DNA of 64,000 nucleotides from Escherichia coli (GTDB lineage Bacteria; Pseudomonadota; Gammaproteobacteria; Enterobacterales; Enterobacteriaceae): NCBI RefSeq assembly GCF_022846255.1, contig NZ_AP025682.1; one strand, 5' to 3'. Shown piece by piece: positions 57,572 to 64,000 of this stretch (position 1 is its first letter; each line of letters starts with the position of its first letter). The notes under the pieces were generated by a model. It saw only the letters and a program-made list of their open reading frames with translations, ran no database searches and was not told where the DNA came from. The position numbers and the translations under genes were made by a program.

Positions 57572-60406
57572 GTGAATATGGCAGTAAAGATTTCAGGTGT
57601 CCTGAAAGACGGCACAGGAAAACCGGTACAGAACTGCACCATTCAACTGAAAGCCAGACGTAACAGCACCACGGTGGTGGTGAACACGGTGGCCTCTGAA
57701 AATCCGGATGAAGCCGGGCGTTACAGCATGGACGTTGAGTACGGTCAGTACAGCGTTATTCTGTTGGTGGAGGGGTTCCCGCCATCACATGCCGGGACTA
57801 TCACCGTGTATGAAGATTCTCAACCCGGTACGCTGAATGATTTTCTCGGTGCCATGACGGAGGATGATGCCCGTCCGGAGGCACTGCGCCGTTTTGAAGT
57901 GATGGTGGAAGAGGTGGCGCGTAACGCGTCCGCAGTGGCACAGAACACGGCAGCCGCGAAGAAGTCAGCCGGCGATGCCAGCACATCAGCCCGTGAGGCG
58001 GCAACCCATGCGACTGATGCTGCAGACTCAGCACGCGCAGCCAGCACGTCAGCCGGACAGGCCGTGTCGTCGGCTCAGTCAGCGTCTTCCAGCGCAGGAA
58101 CGGCATCAGCAAAGGCCACTGAAGCATCAAAAAGTGCTGCCGCTGCAGAGTCCTCAAAAAGCGCGGCGGCCACCAGTGCCGGTGCGGCAAAAACGTCAGA
58201 AACGAATGCTTCAGCGTCACAACAATCAGCAGCCACTTCTGCATCCACCGCGACTACGAAAGCGTCAGAAGCTGCCACCTCAGCCCGGGATGCGGCGGCC
58301 TCAAAAGAGGCAGCGAAATCATCAGAAACGAACGCATCCTCGAGCGCCAGTAGTTCCGCTTCCTCGGCAACGGCGGCAGGAAATTCCGCGAAGGCGGCAA
58401 AAACGTCCGAGACGAACGCCAGGTCTTCTGAGACGGCAGCGGGACAGAGCGCCTCAGCTGCGGCAGGCTCAAAAACAGCGGCTGCATCATCTGCCAGTGC
58501 CGCGTCAACAAGTGCCGGGCAGGCCTCAGCCAGTGCCACTGCCGCCGGAAAATCGGCAGAAAGCGCTGCATTGTCCGCTTCAACAGCCACAACGAAGGCT
58601 GGCGAAGCCGCTGAACAGGCCAGCGCAGCAGCGAGGTCTGCTTCCGCAGCGAAGACATCCGAAACGAACGCGAAAGCGTCGGAAACCAGCGCAGAATCCT
58701 CAAAAACGGCAGCCGCATCGTCCGCCAGTGCGGCGGCGTCATCGGCATCATCTGCGTCTGCTTCAAAAGATGAGGCGACCAGACAGGCGTCAGCAGCGAA
58801 GGACAGTGCCACGACGGCATCCACGAAGGCGACAGAGGCTGCTGGCAGTGCGACGGCGGCAGCACAGAGCAAAAGTACGGCAGAATCCGCCGCAACGCGC
58901 GCTGAGACAGCAGCAAAACGGGCAGAGGATATTGCATCCGCCGTGGCGCTTGAGGATGCAAGCACGACGAAAAAGGGGGTAGTACAGCTCAGCAGTGCGA
59001 CCAACAGCACTTCCGAGTCACTGGCGGCAACGCCAAAAGCCGTTAAGGCCGCGTATGACCTGGCTAACGGGAAATATACCGCTCAGGACGCTACGACAGC
59101 ACAAAAAGGAATTGTCCAGCTCAGTAGTGCAACCAACAGCGCATCTGAAACGCTTGCTGCGACATCGAAAGCAGTGAAAGCAGCTAATGACAATGCGAAT
59201 GGTCGGGTACCTTCTGCCCGTAAGGTGAATGGTAAGGCGCTTTCAGCGGATATAACACTGACACCGAAAGATATTGGTACGCTTAACTCAACAACTATGT
59301 CATTCAGCGGTGGTGCTGGTTGGTTCAAATTAGCAACGGTAACCATGCCGCAGGCGAGTTCTGTTGTTTCAATTACGTTGATTGGTGGGGCTGGATATAA
59401 CGTCGGTTCACCTCAACAGGCAGGTATATCTGAACTTGTTTTGCGTGCAGGTAATGGTAATCCGAAGGGGATTACTGGTGCTTTATGGCAGCGCACATCG
59501 GCAGGGTTTACAAATTTTGCCTGGGTCAATACATCTGGTGATACTTACGATATTTACGTTGCAATCGGAAATTATGCGACTGGTGTAAATATTCAATGGG
59601 ATTATACCAGTAATGCCAGCGTAACGATTCATACGTCACCAGCATATTCTGCTAATAAGCCGGAAGGGTTAACGGACGGTACAGTTTATTCACTCTATAC
59701 GCCATCAGAGCAGTTTTATCCGCCTGGCGCACCAATCCCGTGGCCATCGGATACCGTTCCGTCTGGTTATGCCCTGATGCAGGGGCAGACTTTTGACAAA
59801 TCTGCCTACCCGAAACTTGCAGTCGCTTATCCGTCAGGCGTGATCCCTGATATGCGTGGCTGGACGATTAAGGGCAAGCCCGCCAGTGGTCGTGCCGTAT
59901 TGTCTCAGGAGCAGGACGGCATTAAATCGCACACCCACAGCGCCAGCGCATCCAGTACGGATATGGGTACGAAAACCACATCGTCGTTTGATTACGGCAC
60001 TAAATCCACGAATAACACCGGGGCGCATACGCACAGTCTGAGCGGCTCTACAAGCTCGGCCGGAGCACACTCGCACGTTGATGGTCGCAGGTTTAATACA
60101 AGCACTTTTAAAGACACCTATCAGTATGGTTCTACAGCTGTCGGAAGTAACTCATACCAGGTACAAGGGGCGGTTGGTCTGGGCATTGGCACGATGGCGA
60201 ATACGAACTCTGCTGGCGCGCATACCCACTCACTGTCCGGCACTGCTGCAAGCGCAGGTGCACACGCACATACTGTCGGTATTGGTGCTCATACGCACTC
60301 CGTTGCGATTGGCTCACATGGACACACCATCACCGTTAACGCTGCTGGTAACGCGGAAAACACCGTCAAAAACATCGCATTTAACTATATTGTGAGGCTT
60401 GCATAA
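57572..60406 (+). CDS. stf: side tail fibre protein Stf
   Basis: 944 aa; long Ala/Ser/Thr-rich repeat region; C-terminal repeats of GAHTHS / GAHAHT. Confidence 0.9.
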   Translation: MNMAVKISGVLKDGTGKPVQNCTIQLKARRNSTTVVVNTVASENPDEAGRYSMDVEYGQYSVILLVEGFPPSHAGTITVYEDSQPGTLNDFLGAMTEDDARPEALRRFEVMVEEVARNASAVAQNTAAAKKSAGDASTSAREAATHATDAADSARAASTSAGQAVSSAQSASSSAGTASAKATEASKSAAAAESSKSAAATSAGAAKTSETNASASQQSAATSASTATTKASEAATSARDAAASKEAAKSSETNASSSASSSASSATAAGNSAKAAKTSETNARSSETAAGQSASAAAGSKTAAASSASAASTSAGQASASATAAGKSAESAALSASTATTKAGEAAEQASAAARSASAAKTSETNAKASETSAESSKTAAASSASAAASSASSASASKDEATRQASAAKDSATTASTKATEAAGSATAAAQSKSTAESAATRAETAAKRAEDIASAVALEDASTTKKGVVQLSSATNSTSESLAATPKAVKAAYDLANGKYTAQDATTAQKGIVQLSSATNSASETLAATSKAVKAANDNANGRVPSARKVNGKALSADITLTPKDIGTLNSTTMSFSGGAGWFKLATVTMPQASSVVSITLIGGAGYNVGSPQQAGISELVLRAGNGNPKGITGALWQRTSAGFTNFAWVNTSGDTYDIYVAIGNYATGVNIQWDYTSNASVTIHTSPAYSANKPEGLTDGTVYSLYTPSEQFYPPGAPIPWPSDTVPSGYALMQGQTFDKSAYPKLAVAYPSGVIPDMRGWTIKGKPASGRAVLSQEQDGIKSHTHSASASSTDMGTKTTSSFDYGTKSTNNTGAHTHSLSGSTSSAGAHSHVDGRRFNTSTFKDTYQYGSTAVGSNSYQVQGAVGLGIGTMANTNSAGAHTHSLSGTAASAGAHAHTVGIGAHTHSVAIGSHGHTITVNAAGNAENTVKNIAFNYIVRLA

Positions 60407-60990
60407 TGGCATTCAGAATGAGTGAACAAGCACGGACCATAAAAATTTATAATCTGCTGGCCGGAACTAATGAATTTATTGGTGAAGGTGACGCATATAT
60501 TCCGCCTCATACAGGTCTGCCAGCAAACAGTACCGATATTGCACCACCAGATATTCCTGCTGGCTTTGTGGCTGTTTTCAACAGTGATGAGGCATCGTGG
60601 CATCTCGTTGAAGACCATCGGGGTAAAACGGTTTATGACGTAGCGTCAGGGGACGAGTTATTTATTTCTGAACTCGGTCCGTTACCGGAAAATGTTACCT
60701 GGTTATCGCCGGAAGGGGAGTTTCAGAAGTGGAACGGCACAGCCTGGGTGAAAGATGCAGAAGCAGAAAAACTGTTCCGGATCCGGGAGGCGGAAGAAAC
60801 AAAAAACAGCCTGATGCAGGTAGCCAGTGAGCATATTGCGCCACTTCAGGATGCTGTAGATCTGGAAATCGCAACGGAGGAAGAAACCTCATTGCTGGAA
60901 GCCTGGAAAAAGTATCGGGTGTTGCTGAACCGTGTTGATACATCAACTGCACCTGATATTGAGTGGCCTACGAACCCTGTCAGGGAGTAA
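60406..60990 (+). CDS. tfa: tail fibre assembly protein Tfa
   Basis: 194 aa, lambda Tfa-like. Confidence 0.9.
   Translation: MAFRMSEQARTIKIYNLLAGTNEFIGEGDAYIPPHTGLPANSTDIAPPDIPAGFVAVFNSDEASWHLVEDHRGKTVYDVASGDELFISELGPLPENVTWLSPEGEFQKWNGTAWVKDAEAEKLFRIREAEETKNSLMQVASEHIAPLQDAVDLEIATEEETSLLEAWKKYRVLLNRVDTSTAPDIEWPTNPVRE
60826..60968. repeat. direct repeat copy A (tfa 3' end)
   Basis: 143 bp, about 94% identical to 61875-62017; last 57 bp identical. Confidence 0.8.
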
Positions 60991-61004
60991 TCATTGGGAT
61001 TATG

Positions 61005-61053
61005 CCGCAGCACGTCTTAAGCAAGAACGTGCTGCGGTTGGATGCTATTTTTT
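61005..61053 (+). terminator. hairpin after tfa / 3' of the convergent methyltransferase gene
   Basis: 11-bp stem CCGCAGCACGT / ACGTGCTGCGG with T-run 9 nt downstream. Confidence 0.4.
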
Positions 61054-61713
61054 CCCTGAAGCGGAAAACATTACTACAGTACCTTGAACCTTGGTTTTAA
61101 CATTCTCGAAATGCTCTGAGAGTATATGTGTTAAGCCTTCTTCGGAATCTTTTGTGTTTGAAAAGATGCCTTTCTGATTGTAAATGCGCATCAGTTTTTG
61201 ACCGAAGCTATTGTGCACAACTCCATCGCCAAGAATTGTGGCTCCGTATAGAGTTCCATCGTCAGTTAAGGCCTGCGCCGCATTGCGTATTACACAGCTT
61301 TTTGTAGATATATTTCCAGGCAGACAGTGAAGAAGGTAAAACATGGAAATGGAATCAAATTGACCATGTAACGCCGCGGGATAAGGTTCAAAAACATCAT
61401 GGTTAATTTTATGTTTAATTTTTGATTCCCCAGCCCTTGTAGATGCCGCGTTCAGGCTAGCTTCGTTCAAATCCATTAAAGATATCAGACTACTCTCAGG
61501 TACGTGAGTAAGGTAAAACCCAGTTCCAACACCAATATCCAGATGGTTGTTACCTAAATGTTCCAGAAAGTGTGGAAGAAGGTGTTCCTTTGTAGGACAT
61601 CCCCATGCAAGCCGATTTGATACTCCCAAAACCCACCAGTCATAAAGCTTTAGGGTAAGTGGTGTGTAAATTTTAGCCCCATCATCTGTGTTTTTTTTCA
61701 TTAATTTCACCAT
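61045..61713 (-). CDS. class I SAM-dependent methyltransferase
   Basis: 222 aa with motif I LDIGVGTGFY; no DPPY/NPPY DNA-methylase motif seen; GC lower than flanking tail genes. Confidence 0.65.
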   Translation of the reverse strand: MVKLMKKNTDDGAKIYTPLTLKLYDWWVLGVSNRLAWGCPTKEHLLPHFLEHLGNNHLDIGVGTGFYLTHVPESSLISLMDLNEASLNAASTRAGESKIKHKINHDVFEPYPAALHGQFDSISMFYLLHCLPGNISTKSCVIRNAAQALTDDGTLYGATILGDGVVHNSFGQKLMRIYNQKGIFSNTKDSEEGLTHILSEHFENVKTKVQGTVVMFSASGKK

Positions 61714-61769
61714 GTTATAGTTTTATTTGTGAATTAAATCAATTATGGCGATGAATTACAAGGGGTTAA

Positions 61770-62039
61770 ATGCTGCCGCAGCATAGCGATATTGAAATAG
61801 CCTGGTATGCTTCGATACAGCAGGAGCCGAATGGCTGGAAGACCGTCACCACACAGTTCTACATCCAGGAATTCAGTGAGTATATTGCGCCACTGCAGGA
61901 TGCTGTAGATCTGGAAATCGCAACGGAGGAAGAAAGATCGTTGCTGGAGGCATGGAATAAATATCGGGTGTTGCTGAACCGTGTTGATACATCAACTGCA
62001 CCTGATATTGAGTGGCCGGAAGAACCAGACACAATGTAA
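61770..62039 (+). CDS. Tfa C-terminal fragment (remnant or short paralog)
   Basis: 89-aa ORF whose C-terminal 50 aa repeat the Tfa C-terminus. Confidence 0.5.
   Translation: MLPQHSDIEIAWYASIQQEPNGWKTVTTQFYIQEFSEYIAPLQDAVDLEIATEEERSLLEAWNKYRVLLNRVDTSTAPDIEWPEEPDTM
61875..62017. repeat. direct repeat copy B (tfa-like 3' end)
   Basis: 143 bp copy of the tfa 3' end on the far side of the methyltransferase gene. Confidence 0.8.
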
Positions 62040-62433
62040 GCGAAAAAGAAAAACCGCAGACACGACGTATGCAGGACGTGCTGCGGTTGGCTGGTGAACT
62101 TTCGATAGTGCGAGTATTGAATGATTTCCAGCCGTTACCGATTTTACGTATTTTTTGTATGGGAGGATTTGCATCTCCTCCCACCGATCCTCCATGACTT
62201 TACGCCACAGTCTCTAGGACTGCTATGTGCCAATAGCAGACATCCACACAATTATGTAAAATAGGCTAGTGAGTCAGCATTCATGTAGTTCAGACCATCT
62301 ATAGCTGAAATCACGATCGCTTAACAGTGATTCACTCATAACTGCTAGCGAGCAATGTTCTTGTTTGAACCTCAAATTGAAACCACAAAATCGAAAGGTT
62401 AAATAATCGATTATCCAAATAGAAGGCAATTCA

Positions 62434-63873
62434 ATGGGAAATCACGATTTTATTAAATATATTATATTATTTGGCTTGTCTGGGATAATGTTGGCTATGC
62501 TAGTGCTCTTTATTTCCTCTGTAGCATATTATTTTTTCACCCATAATAAAGGAGTTCTTCAGTATATAATTAAAACTATTTCCATAGGCCTTGTAACTAT
62601 TCCAGTCGCAATAATACTAATCGTTGCACTCGTCCATTATGTTGTCTGGCAAAAAGGGATTTCAACGGCATGGCGTTTTATATTCCACTCGACTAAAACA
62701 ACAACCGTGAATGATATTGCTAATGCTGAATCAGAAGATGTTATTGTTCACCTTGTTCATGGAACATTCGAGACGAATGCATCTTGGACACAACCTGAGT
62801 CAAAAATGTGCAAATCAATTAACTCAAGGAATCCCAATATTGGTATATCTCGATTTAAATGGGATGGCAAAAACTCTGCATCCTCTCGTAAACAAGCGGC
62901 ATATCAATTAGGAATGCATATTGATAACTCTCCTGCAAAATACAATTATATTATTGCACATAGCCATGGGGCAGCTATTGTAAGAGAAATGTCTTATTTA
63001 CGAAGTGATATTGCAAAAAAAATTCAAGGCGTATGTCTTTTGTCACCACCGTTCATCTTTCGACGTAGGATAAAAAGAACGTCAGGTACTTTAATTAATC
63101 TTATTGATATTAGCGGAACTTTGGCCATTCAATTGTTACTTGCAGCACTTTTTGTACCTTTGAATCTATATAATATTAATTATGCAGCAGTAATTTTTTT
63201 TGTTTCAATATTTGCAGAAATTATAATCTCCAAAAAATATAAAAAAGAATTTTTGCAGGAAGTTGAGAGTGGCGAGCACTGTGAAGCGGTTGATTTTAGG
63301 AATGTTGAAATTTATCACGCAATTGGTGATGAAGCCGATTCAGGCCTAAGATTTGTAAGTTCACTTCACGAAGGATGTTTTTCAATTCTTTCCCAGCTAA
63401 AAAAAGCTCAAGTAAGTCATAAAAAGCTAACACATTGGTCAGCAGTTTTAAGCTACCTATTTTATATTTCCATGAGTGTATTAATATGGTTCTTCTATCC
63501 TGAAGAAAAATCATGGATTATAGTATTATTAGTAAGCTTTGTATTAACTTCTATTTCTCACATTTGGCAAAGGTTGAAACCATCAAAGGATGTTCCTCAT
63601 GTTTTACTTATTGCAGCAATACCAGTTGCGATTTTTTCATTTTGGTTGGCTGTAGCTAAGGCCATAGCTTATGGAGATTTGCGATTAATATTTTGCCCGG
63701 AAGTTTTTATTGCATCATCTGAAACTCCAGCTGGAGATCATAAAGTTATTAAATTTGCTCCACAGAATGATGGTATATTAATACACTCAACACACTCGCA
63801 TCCGGAGGCTATAATTAATGTTTCTGAATGGTTATATTGCTCTGAGAATAAAAGGGTAAATGGTGAACCATAG
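62434..63873 (+). CDS. polytopic membrane protein with lipase-like serine-hydrolase motifs, function unknown
   Basis: 479 aa, very AT-rich; about 7 hydrophobic helices; soluble insert with VHLVHGT, FKWDG and nucleophile elbow IIAHSHGAAIV (AxSxG). Confidence 0.5.
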   Translation: MGNHDFIKYIILFGLSGIMLAMLVLFISSVAYYFFTHNKGVLQYIIKTISIGLVTIPVAIILIVALVHYVVWQKGISTAWRFIFHSTKTTTVNDIANAESEDVIVHLVHGTFETNASWTQPESKMCKSINSRNPNIGISRFKWDGKNSASSRKQAAYQLGMHIDNSPAKYNYIIAHSHGAAIVREMSYLRSDIAKKIQGVCLLSPPFIFRRRIKRTSGTLINLIDISGTLAIQLLLAALFVPLNLYNINYAAVIFFVSIFAEIIISKKYKKEFLQEVESGEHCEAVDFRNVEIYHAIGDEADSGLRFVSSLHEGCFSILSQLKKAQVSHKKLTHWSAVLSYLFYISMSVLIWFFYPEEKSWIIVLLVSFVLTSISHIWQRLKPSKDVPHVLLIAAIPVAIFSFWLAVAKAIAYGDLRLIFCPEVFIASSETPAGDHKVIKFAPQNDGILIHSTHSHPEAIINVSEWLYCSENKRVNGEP

Positions 63874-63906
63874 ATTAATATAACCACCATAAATTAATTT
63901 GTAATA

Positions 63907-63978
63907 TACTTCCCTGCTAAATTCGCAGGGGAGTATAAAAATATACTAACTCAGTGGAGTCTTGTGCTGAGTTAGTAC
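63907..63978. repeat. two consecutive stem-loops 3' of the 479-aa gene
   Basis: TACTTCCCTGC...GCAGGGGAGTA and an 11-bp stem TACTAACTCAG / CTGAGTTAGTA with 12-nt loop. Confidence 0.4.
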
Positions 63979-64000
63979 ATGTTAACAAGATATTTATTCA

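Noticed and set aside
57975-59010. Long ORFs overlapping stf in other frames and on the minus strand (335-aa Arg/Pro/Gln-rich, 311-aa Ala/Asp-rich, 235-aa)
   Set aside because: They lie entirely within the GC-rich Ala/Ser repeat region of stf and have extreme low-complexity composition; artefacts of the repeat codon structure.
60826-62017. Diversity-generating retroelement (template/variable repeat pair) at the tfa direct repeats
   Set aside because: No reverse transcriptase in the vicinity, and the mismatches between the copies are not adenine-specific; better explained as diverged paralogous tfa ends from recombination.

Overview
The window has two parts. Positions 1-19.1 kb are an E. coli K-12-like chromosomal segment: yfdY, ypdI, yfdX, the oxalate/formyl-CoA module frc-oxc-yfdV-yfdE, the evgS/evgA two-component system, the emrK/emrY efflux pump and dsdA-dsdX-dsdC, with EvgA-box palindromes visible upstream of yfdX, frc and emrK. 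At 19172-19186 there is a 15-bp copy of the argW tRNA 3' end (attR core). From there to the window end (more than 44 kb) lies the dsdC-proximal part of a large mosaic lambdoid prophage; the integrase end is outside the window. The prophage combines a torI excisionase, lambda-like exo-bet-gam, a non-lambda immunity region (cI-like S24 repressor, cro-like, YdaT-like) with no N/kil/cIII, lambda-type O (iterons inside) and P, a DLP12-like nin/Q/porin/lysis block, and an almost lambda-identical head and tail operon from cos to tfa. Cargo genes sit at the usual moron positions: a PACE-family exporter with a LysR regulator, emrE with a secreted esterase lipoprotein, an nmpC-like porin, lom, and after tfa a SAM-dependent methyltransferase followed by an AT-rich island encoding a 479-aa polytopic membrane protein with a lipase-like serine-hydrolase motif. 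That last island is the best candidate for an undescribed accessory system, but I cannot assign it a function. The packaging/head module carries two apparent lesions (a 1-nt deletion in Nu1 and an in-frame TAG in gene C) and a cosN 12-mer that differs from lambda as I recall it. All protein identifications rest on recalled K-12 and lambda sequences and on motifs read by eye; no database search was run. No CRISPR array, complete tRNA, rRNA or IS transposase was seen.
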